Source: an uncultured Clostridia bacterium
Lineage (GTDB): Bacteria > Bacillota > Clostridia > Christensenellales > CAG-314
Assembly: GCA_934203075.1 (NCBI GenBank)
Contig: CAKPYT010000040.1
Coordinates: 2,583-66,582, forward strand
Direction: 5' to 3'
DNA length: 64,000 bases
Shown here piece after piece: positions 55,950 through 64,000 of the stretch (position 1 is the first letter of the stretch; the number at the start of each line of letters is the position of its first letter). Made by a program: the position numbers and the translations under genes. A model generated the notes under the pieces. It was not told where the DNA came from. It was given only the letters and a program-made list of their open reading frames with translations, and did not search any database.

Positions 55950-56044
55950 AACGCCCCGGGCTCAGGAGCGACAGCGGAAAGCGTGCTGCAGTACGAAGGA
56001 ATCGGCATTCGGGCAGAGTGTGCCTGCCGTAAGGAAAGAGAATT

Positions 56045-56078
56045 ACGACGAAACGGAATACCGTTTCGTCGTTTTTTT
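56045..56078 (+). terminator. Terminator after the cytidylate kinase-like gene
   Basis: Stem ACGACGAAACGG/CCGTTTCGTCGT followed by TTTTTTT. Confidence 0.8.
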
Positions 56079-56230
56079 GTGTTTTAACGTATCGTTTTGA
56101 TCCATCCCGCCGGGAGGGGTTGCCGTGTGCGGGCAAGGCGGCATTTTTTAGGAAAGCGATCCTCCGCCGCAGCGGCAGGATTTTCTCAAAACGGTGAGAT
56201 TCCGGAAGGCGGCAAAACGGGAGAAGGGCG

Positions 56231-56259
56231 TAAAAAGGCAACCGAAAAAATCGGTTGCC
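56231..56259 (-). terminator. Terminator after the 503-aa lipoprotein gene
   Basis: On the minus strand, stem GGCAACCGA/TCGGTTGCC followed by TTTTTACG. Confidence 0.65.
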
Positions 56260-56346
56260 GAAAAGTCTTTCCGTCGGTCGCACGCACGTGCAAAGGCTGC
56301 AAATTCTTCGTGCGTTCGCGTCATCTTCTTGCAGGGGGTGCGGTCA

Positions 56347-57858
56347 TCAGGAATTTTCCTGCGGAAGATAAGGCGCTTCATCACACAGGAAGTTGAAGTA
56401 GAGCAGTTCTTCCAGAGTATTTGGCAGGGCGTAGTAGTAGTAACGTGTAAAAAGAACGGTCGCTCCCAAAGATTTTGCGCTTTCCGTCTGATTGATCAGT
56501 CGGTTTGCCGTTACGGTGTGGCTGTCGTCCGCAAAAATTTCCAGCACGGCGCCGAGCGTCGTTTTTCCCTTGCAGGCAAGGTAAAAGCCTTGCAGATAAT
56601 TTTGCGAGCGGCTCCGGACCGCTTCGGTGTACAAAGCGTTTGCGGTGGAGAAGTAATCCAACGGGGCAACGATATCCGTTTCGGAAAGGCCTGCCTTTTC
56701 CAGGATCAGTTCCCATTGTTTTTGAATGGTACCCTGTGTCGATTTGTTGGCGCTGTACACGGTGGGGCAGATCAGCAGCGGCAAGGCCGGGTCAATGGCG
56801 TTCAAGGCCGTTTTGACGGTGCTGAGGTAGTTTCCCCAAAGAGGGGAAACGTCGTCTACCTGCAATTGGTGCAGGCTGTATAGTTGCGTCGGAACGTACC
56901 AACCGGCAAAAACGTCGCGATAGGCGGCGTATTTTGCATAAATTTCGCGGGCAAGGGCGGCGTTCAGGTTCGCTTCCTCCTTCAGCCACGCTTCGTCAAA
57001 CGCGTTGGAGAGGTCCGGCATGCGGGGAACGTACGAAAGCCCCACAAAAACTTTCATTCCCGTTGTTTTTGCCGCAGAAAGGAAACGTTCCAGAACGGAG
57101 GCATAACGGCTCATCGATTCTCTTTCCGTATCGAAATAGGCAATTTTGTCGTCATACCAGCTGAATTCAAACACAATCCCGGCGTATCCTGCCGTTTGCA
57201 GATGTCGCAGCGTTGCCAGCACTTCCGCTTCGTCCGCCATGCGAAAATCGTACGGATCGATGAATTCGTAGGAGGCAGAATGGGTTGCCGTCGTTTGCGG
57301 CGCAGCCATAGCCTTGCGATAGTTTTCTGTGGCGGAGGGGTCGTTTTGCGCAAGCTCCCGCACAAACGTCCGCACTGCGTCGATTTCGCTGCGCTGTGCC
57401 GTCGGTGCGAGGGAGAATTGTATATCGGCCGTCTGCTCCAGAAAAATTTGCCGTTGCGCTTCCGTCAGTGCGGTAATGGCAGCATAGCATTGCTGCGCCG
57501 CTTTCAGGTTGCCGAAATAATCGGCAGTGCGCACGAGGGATAGCAGCGCCTCCTGTGCCGTGCCTTCGGGCGATTGCATCAGCGAGGAAAAATAAGTCTT
57601 CGAAAGGCTCAGCATTTCGTCATAGTGCGTTTGCAGCAGGGCGTCCTGTTCGGATTCTTTTGCGTTCAGCACTTCTTTGGTGACGGAGTTCAGATAGGTA
57701 TCCAGTTCCTCCCGAAGCGGCTCGTCCGCAAACGTTTTCAAAAAGGAAAGACGACTTAACACGTCGTATTTATAGTAGATGTTTTCCGTTGCGGTGCACC
57801 CCGCCAGAGAGCAGAGTGCAAGTAAAAGGCAAAGCGTTGTGATTAAAAACTTTTTCAT
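56347..57858 (-). CDS. Lipoprotein with a possible DUF4434-like (glycoside-hydrolase-like TIM barrel) C-terminal region
   Basis: Lipobox LAGC-T. The C-terminal half (GYAGIVFEFSWYDD...MKVFVGLSY...FAGWYVPTQ) resembles DUF4434. The functional call is tentative. Confidence 0.6.
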   Translation of the reverse strand: MKKFLITTLCLLLALCSLAGCTATENIYYKYDVLSRLSFLKTFADEPLREELDTYLNSVTKEVLNAKESEQDALLQTHYDEMLSLSKTYFSSLMQSPEGTAQEALLSLVRTADYFGNLKAAQQCYAAITALTEAQRQIFLEQTADIQFSLAPTAQRSEIDAVRTFVRELAQNDPSATENYRKAMAAPQTTATHSASYEFIDPYDFRMADEAEVLATLRHLQTAGYAGIVFEFSWYDDKIAYFDTERESMSRYASVLERFLSAAKTTGMKVFVGLSYVPRMPDLSNAFDEAWLKEEANLNAALAREIYAKYAAYRDVFAGWYVPTQLYSLHQLQVDDVSPLWGNYLSTVKTALNAIDPALPLLICPTVYSANKSTQGTIQKQWELILEKAGLSETDIVAPLDYFSTANALYTEAVRSRSQNYLQGFYLACKGKTTLGAVLEIFADDSHTVTANRLINQTESAKSLGATVLFTRYYYYALPNTLEELLYFNFLCDEAPYLPQENS

Positions 57859-58004
57859 ACGCTCATTATAACATACTTTCCGAAATGTACAAGAAAACGC
57901 GTCGGAAAATCCGAAATACTCCGAAATAGTTTCGGAAAGGGGGTTCCGGAAAGAAAAAACGCGATAAAAAACGAAAAACGCTGCAAAAAAGGGCGAGAAA
58001 TCGC

Positions 58005-58033
58005 TTGACGAGGCACCTGCCGTGTGGTAGAGT
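58005..58033 (+). promoter_or_regulatory. Candidate promoter of the S10 ribosomal protein operon
   Basis: TTGACG, a 17-nt spacer, then TGgTAGAGT, about 260 nt upstream of rpsJ. Confidence 0.5.
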
Positions 58034-58293
58034 ATATAGGCTGCGGATTTGGGATGACGCAGGAGGTTACTTTAACATAAGATAACTTCTGCCGACAAGG
58101 TCCGAAAAATAAAATCGGGCGCCCGACGAAATAAAAGCAAAAACGCGGACAAGTGCCTTCCGGGGTTGACATAGGGAAAGGCAAACTACCGCATTTGTAC
58201 AAGCACCTGGTGCTTTTTATTAAAAACGCAGTTTGACACACACGGAGTCGTTGTCAAGGTCGGGAAATCTAATGTTAAAAAGGAGTAAACAAC

Positions 58294-58602
58294 ATGGCAA
58301 GCCAAAAGATCAGAATCAAATTGAAATCTTATGACCATACGCTGGTAGATCTGTCTGCGGAAAAGATTGTGGAAACCGCCAAAAAAATGGGTTCGAAAGT
58401 TTCCGGTCCGATCCCGCTGCCTACGGAGAAGGAAGTCGTCACGATTTTGCGTTCTCCTCATAAGTATAAGGATTCTCGCGAGCAGTTCGAAATGAGAACG
58501 CACAAAAGACTGATTGATATCTACAGCCCCAACGCAAAAACGGTGGATAGTTTAACCAAACTGGATCTTCCCGCCGGTGTAGACATCAACATTAAATTGT
58601 AA
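58294..58602 (+). CDS. rpsJ: 30S ribosomal protein S10
   Basis: Begins [15 protein letters not shown], with RBS AAAGGAG upstream. Confidence 0.98.
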   Translation: MASQKIRIKLKSYDHTLVDLSAEKIVETAKKMGSKVSGPIPLPTEKEVVTILRSPHKYKDSREQFEMRTHKRLIDIYSPNAKTVDSLTKLDLPAGVDINIKL

Positions 58603-58627
58603 AACCATACGGAGGTGAACTTTATCG

Positions 58628-59260
58628 ATGAATAAAGCAATCATTGGAAAAAAATTGGGAATGACGCAGGTTTTCCTGGCAGACGGTACGATGGTGCCCT
58701 GCACGGTAGTATTGGCAGGCCCCTGCAAGGTCGTTCAGAAGAAAACCGTCGAAAGAGACGGCTACGAAGCGATTCAACTGGGTTTTGACAGCGTAAAAGA
58801 AAGCAAGCTGACCAAACCGGAACTGGGTCATCTGAAAAAGGCAAACGCGGAACCTCTCAAAGTATTGAAGGAATTCCGCATGCAGGACACGGCAGCATAC
58901 GAAGTGGGCGCCGTGGTAAGCTGCGACGTGTTCGGCGAAAACGATTTCGTCGACGTAACGGGTACTTCCAAAGGGCACGGTTATACCGGTGTTATCAAAC
59001 GTTGGAATCAACATCGTCTGAAGGAAACGCACGGTGTAGGCCCCGTACACAGAGAAGTCGGTTCCATGGGCCCGATCTCCACGCCGTCCCGCGTTATGCC
59101 GGGGAAACACCTGGCAGGGCATTACGGTGTAGACCAGGTAACCGTGCTGAATCTTAAGGTCGTAAAAGTCGATACGACGCGCAACGTGCTGATGATTAAA
59201 GGTGCAATCCCCGGGCCGACCGGCAGCATCGTAACCATCCGCAACGCTGTAAAGAAATAA
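58628..59260 (+). CDS. rplC: 50S ribosomal protein L3
   Basis: Conserved L3 sequence in S10 operon order. Confidence 0.98.
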   Translation: MNKAIIGKKLGMTQVFLADGTMVPCTVVLAGPCKVVQKKTVERDGYEAIQLGFDSVKESKLTKPELGHLKKANAEPLKVLKEFRMQDTAAYEVGAVVSCDVFGENDFVDVTGTSKGHGYTGVIKRWNQHRLKETHGVGPVHREVGSMGPISTPSRVMPGKHLAGHYGVDQVTVLNLKVVKVDTTRNVLMIKGAIPGPTGSIVTIRNAVKK

Positions 59261-59280
59261 GGTGAAAAGGAGTTACATCT

Positions 59281-59907
59281 ATGCAAAGCAAAGTTTTTGA
59301 TATGAAGGCCAACGAGGTCGGCGTCATCGAACTGAACGACCAAGTGTTCGGGCAGGAATACAATGAGGCTCTGATTCACCAAGTTGTCGTTGCACAAATG
59401 GCAAATAAAAGACAGGGCACCAAGAGCACGCTCACCCGTACGGAAGTGCGCGGCGGCGGCATCAAACCCTGGAGACAAAAAGGCACCGGCAGAGCCCGTC
59501 AGGGAAGCACCCGTGCACCGCAATGGATCAAGGGCGGCGTGGTATTCGCACCGAAGCCGCGCGATTTCAGCAAAAAGGTAAACCAACGCGCGAAAACGGA
59601 AGCATTGAAGAGCGCTCTCAGTTATAAAGCGGCAAACAAAGAAATGATCGTTTTGGATAAGGTCGAACTTGCGGAAGCGAAAACCAAATATATGGCAGAG
59701 CTTCTGAAAAACTTCAACCTTGGCAAAAAGACGTTGCTGGTGGTCGGTTCTCATAACGACGACGTGGTTCTGGCAAGCAGAAATCTGCAGGAACTTACCG
59801 TTTGCGTCAGCGATCTGCTGAACGTTTACGACGTGGTAGCAAACGCTACGCTGCTTGTAACCGCAGACGCAGTGAAGAATATCGAGGAGGCATACGCAGA
59901 ATACTGA
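59281..59907 (+). CDS. rplD: 50S ribosomal protein L4
   Basis: Conserved L4 sequence in S10 operon order. Confidence 0.98.
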   Translation: MQSKVFDMKANEVGVIELNDQVFGQEYNEALIHQVVVAQMANKRQGTKSTLTRTEVRGGGIKPWRQKGTGRARQGSTRAPQWIKGGVVFAPKPRDFSKKVNQRAKTEALKSALSYKAANKEMIVLDKVELAEAKTKYMAELLKNFNLGKKTLLVVGSHNDDVVLASRNLQELTVCVSDLLNVYDVVANATLLVTADAVKNIEEAYAEY

Positions 59908-60194
59908 AAGCCTACGACATTATCATCAAACCGGTACTCAGCGAAAAGAGTTACGCGGGCATTGCAAACAAGAGATACACTTTCGTCGTTGCGCGTAACG
60001 CGAACAAAGTGGAAATCAAGCAAGCAGTAGAAGAAATCTTCGGTGTTCAGGTAGAAAAAGTGAATACCGTCAACGTCAGAGGAAAACTGAAAAGACAAGG
60101 CCGCACGCAGGGTTACACCGCAAAATACAAAAAAGCGATTGTGCAACTGAAAGCGTCCAGCAAGGCTATTGAGTTCTTTGAAAGTTTAGCATAA
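59904..60194 (+). CDS. rplW: 50S ribosomal protein L23 (apparent CTG start)
   Basis: The L23 homology begins at (L)KAYDIIIKPVLSEKS. No in-frame ATG, GTG or TTG lies between the ATG at 59802 (inside rplD) and this point. GAGGAGG lies 12 nt upstream of the CTG. Confidence 0.85.
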   Translation: MKAYDIIIKPVLSEKSYAGIANKRYTFVVARNANKVEIKQAVEEIFGVQVEKVNTVNVRGKLKRQGRTQGYTAKYKKAIVQLKASSKAIEFFESLA

Positions 60195-60212
60195 GGACGG
60201 AGGGAATGAAAC

Positions 60213-61040
60213 ATGGCTATTAAAAGATATAAACCTACTTCTCCGGCACGTCGTTTTATGTCCGTTTCGGCTTACGAAGAAATCACGAAAACCACGCCTG
60301 AAAGAAGTCTGTTGGAAACCAAGAAAAAGACCGGCGGCCGCAATGCTTCCGGCAAGATCACCGTCCGTCACATCGGCGGCGGCAATCGCATCAAATATCG
60401 CGTGATCGATTTCAAGCGGAACAAAACCGATATTCCGGCAAAAGTCACCGCAATCGAATACGATCCGAACCGTTCCGCAAACATCGCACTGTTGTGCTAT
60501 GCGGACGGTGAAAAGAGATACATCCTCGCACCGGTCGGGCTGACGGTGGGCGACACCGTTATCAGCAGCACCTCTGCGGATATCAAAACCGGCAACTGCC
60601 TGCCGATCGAAAACATTCCGGTCGGTACCGTGCTGCACAACATCGAGCTGCACCCCGGCAAAGGCGGTCAGATCGCACGTGCCGCCGGCATCTCCGCCCA
60701 ATTGATGGCGAAAGAAGGCAAATACGCAACGCTGCGTATGCCGAGCGGTGAAATGCGTCTGGTGTTGCTGCAATGCCGCGCAACGATCGGTCAGGTCGGC
60801 AATCTCGATCACGAAATCGTTTCCGTCGGCAAAGCGGGCAAAACGCGTCATATGGGCACGCGTCCTACCGTTCGCGGCAGCGTCATGAACCCGAACGACC
60901 ACCCTCACGGCGGTGGCGAAGGCAAATCGCCTGTCGGACGTCCCGGGCCGGTTACTCCTTGGGGTAAACCTGCTCTCGGTTACAAGACCAGAAAGAAGAA
61001 GAACGTTAACAATAAGTTTATTGTGAAGCGTGTGAACTAA
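60213..61040 (+). CDS. rplB: 50S ribosomal protein L2
   Basis: Conserved L2 sequence. Confidence 0.98.
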   Translation: MAIKRYKPTSPARRFMSVSAYEEITKTTPERSLLETKKKTGGRNASGKITVRHIGGGNRIKYRVIDFKRNKTDIPAKVTAIEYDPNRSANIALLCYADGEKRYILAPVGLTVGDTVISSTSADIKTGNCLPIENIPVGTVLHNIELHPGKGGQIARAAGISAQLMAKEGKYATLRMPSGEMRLVLLQCRATIGQVGNLDHEIVSVGKAGKTRHMGTRPTVRGSVMNPNDHPHGGGEGKSPVGRPGPVTPWGKPALGYKTRKKKNVNNKFIVKRVN

Positions 61041-61057
61041 TCGGAGGCAATTGAGTA

Positions 61058-61336
61058 ATGAGTAGATCAGTGAAAAAAGGACCTTTTGTCGATGCGAAAC
61101 TCTTGAAAAGAGTGCAGGAAATGAATCAGAAAGGCGAAAAGAAAGTATTAAAAACTTGGTCGAGATCTTCCACCATCTTCCCGGATTTTGTGGGACATAC
61201 CATTGCCGTTCACGATGGCAGAAAACATGTTCCGGTGTACATCACCGAAGATATGGTAGGGTTGAAGTTGGGTGAATTTGCCCCGACCAGAACCTTTAAG
61301 GGGCATAGCGGCGGCAAAACGACCGCAGCGAAATAG
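61058..61336 (+). CDS. rpsS: 30S ribosomal protein S19
   Basis: Conserved S19 sequence. Confidence 0.98.
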   Translation: MSRSVKKGPFVDAKLLKRVQEMNQKGEKKVLKTWSRSSTIFPDFVGHTIAVHDGRKHVPVYITEDMVGLKLGEFAPTRTFKGHSGGKTTAAK

Positions 61337-61346
61337 GAGGAGAAAC

Positions 61347-61733
61347 ATGGCTACAAGAAGTAAAGTAAAATCCGGAAACAGAGCGGTGAATAAAGATCCG
61401 CGTCCGTATGCCGTAGCGAAATACATCCGTATCTCTCCTTCGAAAGTGGGCGTCGTATTGGATCTGATTCGCGGAAAGAGCTATGCGGAAGCGGTTGCCA
61501 TTCTGGAAAACACTCCCAAAGCCGCAAGCTTGCCGGTGAAAAAGGTTTTGAACTCTGCCGCAGCGAATGCGGAAGTGAACAAAGGCATGAACAAAAGCGA
61601 TTTGTACGTTGCGGAATGCTATGCCGACCAAGGTCCTACCTTAAAGCGCGTGATGCCGCGTGCACAAGGCAGAGCTTACAGAATTTTGAAGCGCACCAGC
61701 CACATCACCGTGGTGTTGGATGCCGTTAAGTAG
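61347..61733 (+). CDS. rplV: 50S ribosomal protein L22
   Basis: The start at MATRSKVK follows GGAGGAG. The ORF-track start at 61272 lies inside rpsS. Confidence 0.95.
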   Translation: MATRSKVKSGNRAVNKDPRPYAVAKYIRISPSKVGVVLDLIRGKSYAEAVAILENTPKAASLPVKKVLNSAAANAEVNKGMNKSDLYVAECYADQGPTLKRVMPRAQGRAYRILKRTSHITVVLDAVK

Positions 61734-61742
61734 GAGGACGAT

Positions 61743-62414
61743 ATGGGACAGAAAGTTAATCCGCACGGAATGCGCGTGGGCATTATCAAGGGGTGGAACT
61801 CCCAATGGTTTGCCAACAAGCAGGAATTCGCAAAGTTATTGAAAGAAGATAACGTCATCAGAAAATATCTGAAAGAAAAATACTATGCTGCCGCAATTTC
61901 CTCCATTGTGTTGGAAAGAAGCGCAGGAAAAGTTGTGGTGAACATCAACACCAGCCGTCCGGGCGTATTGATCGGAAAAGGCGGAGCCGGTGTGGAAGCC
62001 ATGAAGCAAGAAGTAGAAAAACTGACCGGCGGCAAACAAGTCGTGCTGAATATTCTGGAAGTGAAAAAGCCGGATATCGACGCGCAACTGGTTGCAGAAA
62101 GCATTGCCGCTCAGTTGGAAAAACGTATTTCCTTCCGTCGTGCCATCCGTCAGGCGATGGGGCGCGCAATGCGCGGCGGCGCAAAGGGAATCAAAGCGTC
62201 GGTCGGAGGCCGTCTGGACGGTGCCGAAATCGCGCGCAGCGAACACTATCACGAAGGCTCCATTCCGCTGCACACCTTGCGTGCGGATATCGACTACGGC
62301 TTTGCGCAGGCGCACACCACCTTCGGCGTGATCGGCGTAAAAGTGTGGATCTATAAGGGTGAAGTTCTCGCAAAGAAAGAAGTGAAAGGAGGACAAGCAA
62401 ATGTTAATGCCTAA
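61743..62414 (+). CDS. rpsC: 30S ribosomal protein S3
   Basis: Conserved S3 sequence. Confidence 0.98.
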   Translation: MGQKVNPHGMRVGIIKGWNSQWFANKQEFAKLLKEDNVIRKYLKEKYYAAAISSIVLERSAGKVVVNINTSRPGVLIGKGGAGVEAMKQEVEKLTGGKQVVLNILEVKKPDIDAQLVAESIAAQLEKRISFRRAIRQAMGRAMRGGAKGIKASVGGRLDGAEIARSEHYHEGSIPLHTLRADIDYGFAQAHTTFGVIGVKVWIYKGEVLAKKEVKGGQANVNA

Positions 62415-62829
62415 AAGAGTGAAGAGACGCCGTCAATTCCGTGGTCGGATGAAGGGCGCCGCTCACAAAGGAAATCAACTTGCATACGGCGATTACGGTT
62501 TGCAAGCATTGGAATGCGGCTGGGTCAAGAGCAATCAGATCGAAGCGGCCCGTGTTGCAATGACCAGATTCATCAAGCGTGGCGGTAACGTTTGGGTAGA
62601 TATCTTCCCTCACAAACCGGTAACGAAAAAACCGGCCGAAACCCGCATGGGCTCCGGTAAAGGTTCTCCGGAATACTGGGTAGCAGTTGTAAAACCGGGC
62701 AGAGTGCTGTTTGAAATGGGCGGCGTTCCCGAAGATATCGCAAGAGAAGCATTGCGTCTCGCAAGTCACAAATTGCCCGTAAAATGCAAATTTGTGAAAA
62801 AAGAAGCGGAAGAAGGCGGTGAAGGTTGA
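62401..62829 (+). CDS. rplP: 50S ribosomal protein L16
   Basis: Begins [15 protein letters not shown] and overlaps the end of rpsC. Confidence 0.97.
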   Translation: MLMPKRVKRRRQFRGRMKGAAHKGNQLAYGDYGLQALECGWVKSNQIEAARVAMTRFIKRGGNVWVDIFPHKPVTKKPAETRMGSGKGSPEYWVAVVKPGRVLFEMGGVPEDIAREALRLASHKLPVKCKFVKKEAEEGGEG

Positions 62830-63041
62830 TGAAAGCAAAAGCAGTTCATGAAATGACGAACGAAGAATTAGTGGCTAAGTTGGAAGAATTGAAAAAAGAA
62901 TTGTTCAACCTTCGTATGAGCCATGCAACCAATCAGTTAACAAATCCTTTGTCTATTAACACGTGCAAAAAAGACATCGCGAAAGTGAAAACGGTTTTGC
63001 GTGAACGTGAATTGAACATCGTTCACACGAAGAAGGCATAA
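62829..63041 (+). CDS. rpmC: 50S ribosomal protein L29
   Basis: The ATG overlaps the rplP stop by 1 nt. The ORF-track start at 62826 is a TTG codon. Confidence 0.95.
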   Translation: MKAKAVHEMTNEELVAKLEELKKELFNLRMSHATNQLTNPLSINTCKKDIAKVKTVLRERELNIVHTKKA

Positions 63042-63057
63042 GGAGCGAGAGTGAAAA

Positions 63058-63312
63058 ATGGAAAGAAATCTTAGAAAAGAAAGAGTCGGGTTGGTTGTTT
63101 CCGATAAGATGGATAAGACGATCGTCGTAGCCGTTGTGGAAAAATACAAACACCCCCTCTATAAGAAAACCGTGTCGAAAACCAAAAAGTTTGCCGCACA
63201 CGACGAGCAAAACGCTTGCCAAATCGGGGACAAGGTCCTGATCGCCGAAACCAGACATCTCAGCAAAACCAAAAACTGGCGTTTGGTGGAGATCATCGAA
63301 AAGGCGAAGTAA
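63058..63312 (+). CDS. rpsQ: 30S ribosomal protein S17
   Basis: Conserved S17 sequence. Confidence 0.98.
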   Translation: MERNLRKERVGLVVSDKMDKTIVVAVVEKYKHPLYKKTVSKTKKFAAHDEQNACQIGDKVLIAETRHLSKTKNWRLVEIIEKAK

Positions 63313-63329
63313 TTTAAGGAGAAAAGACT

Positions 63330-63698
63330 ATGATACAACCTCAAACGATATTAAAAGCGGCCGATAACTCGGGCGCAAAAGAAATTATGTGTATCAGAGT
63401 GCTCGGCGGGTCCTTCCGTAGAACCGGTAACATCGGCGACGTCATCGTTGCGAGCGTAAAAAGCGCATCTACCGGCGGCCTTGTGAAAAAGGGCGACGTT
63501 GTAAAAGCGGTGATCGTTCGTACGACTACCGGCGTAGGCCGTAAGGATGGTACGCACATTCGCTTCGACGACAACGCAGCCGTCATTATTGATAACGCAA
63601 AACAGCCGTGGGGAACGCGTATTTTCGGGCCCATCGCACGTGAATTGAGAGAAAAAGACTATATGCGTATTATCTCTCTCGCACCGGAAGTGCTGTAA
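63330..63698 (+). CDS. rplN: 50S ribosomal protein L14
   Basis: Conserved L14 sequence. Confidence 0.98.
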   Translation: MIQPQTILKAADNSGAKEIMCIRVLGGSFRRTGNIGDVIVASVKSASTGGLVKKGDVVKAVIVRTTTGVGRKDGTHIRFDDNAAVIIDNAKQPWGTRIFGPIARELREKDYMRIISLAPEVL

Positions 63699-63709
63699 GG
63701 AGGAATCGC

Positions 63710-64000
63710 AATGAGCCAAATGAAAATTAAGAAAGGCGACTTCGTTCAGGTCATCGTCGGCGACGAAAACGAAAAGGGGAAAACCGGCAAAGTGGTGGCG
63801 GTGTTCCCTTCCGAAAACAAAGTCATCGTAGAAAACGTTAACATCGTAAAACGTCACACGAAACCGCGCAGTGCACAGCAAAGCGGCGGCATCATTGAAA
63901 AACCGCGTGCCATTGACGCGTCCAACGTGATGTTGTACTGCCCGAACTGCAAAAAAGGCGTACGTTTCCACGTCGTGAAAGACGAAGCGGGAAACAAAGT
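63710..64000 (+). CDS. rplX: 50S ribosomal protein L24 (3' end truncated by the window edge)
   Basis: My own translation from the ATG at 63710 gives MSQMKIKKGDFVQVIVGDENEKGKTGKVVAVFPSENKVIVENVNIVKRHTKP. It is absent from the ORF track because no stop codon falls inside the window. Confidence 0.9.

Noticed and set aside
63944-63958. CPNC motif in L24, hinting at a zinc-ribbon (C+) form.
   Set aside because: Only one CxxC pair is visible before the window ends, so a second pair cannot be confirmed. The observation cannot be completed from this sequence.
1-64000. CRISPR arrays, IS elements, transposases, rRNA genes.
   Set aside because: No regularly spaced direct repeats, no terminal inverted repeats flanking a transposase-like ORF, and no rRNA-like sequence were seen anywhere in the window.

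Overview
The window looks like chromosomal DNA from a spore-forming, Clostridia-like Firmicute. About 95 percent of it is explained by confidently recognisable genes. Core blocks are ung, fhs, a gerA-type germinant receptor operon, ktrBA, rpsF-ssb-rpsR, a malic enzyme and a MATE pump. They continue with tilS-hpt, a folate-dependent histidine utilisation operon (hutH, hutU, glutamate formimidoyltransferase, hutI, cyclodeaminase), and a lysine-riboswitch-controlled NhaC antiporter. Further core genes are a DMT permease coupled to pdxK, upp, an attenuator-controlled uracil/xanthine permease, and the start of the S10 ribosomal protein operon (rpsJ to rplX, cut by the window end). An accessory stretch begins right after tRNA-Ser(CGA) at 32.5 kb and has lower G+C than the core. 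It holds an AT-rich two-gene islet (XRE regulator plus NucS-like PD-(D/E)XK/DUF5655 protein) and a possible HEPN (Rx4H) protein. It also holds a translationally coupled pseudo-kinase/kinase/LuxR-regulator trio, an orphan pseudo-receiver, and three tandem lipoproteins. The most unusual locus is at 48.3-50.7 kb. A strong promoter drives a roughly 260-nt leader containing a non-canonical tRNA-like cloverleaf. That element has a perfect T-arm and a 7-bp acceptor stem interrupted by a GNRA hairpin, and it lacks CCA and U33. It sits directly upstream of a 683-aa protein that joins an unassigned helical region to a C-terminal TerD-like domain. All calls come from reading the sequence and ORF translations by eye. 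No database search or folding program was run.
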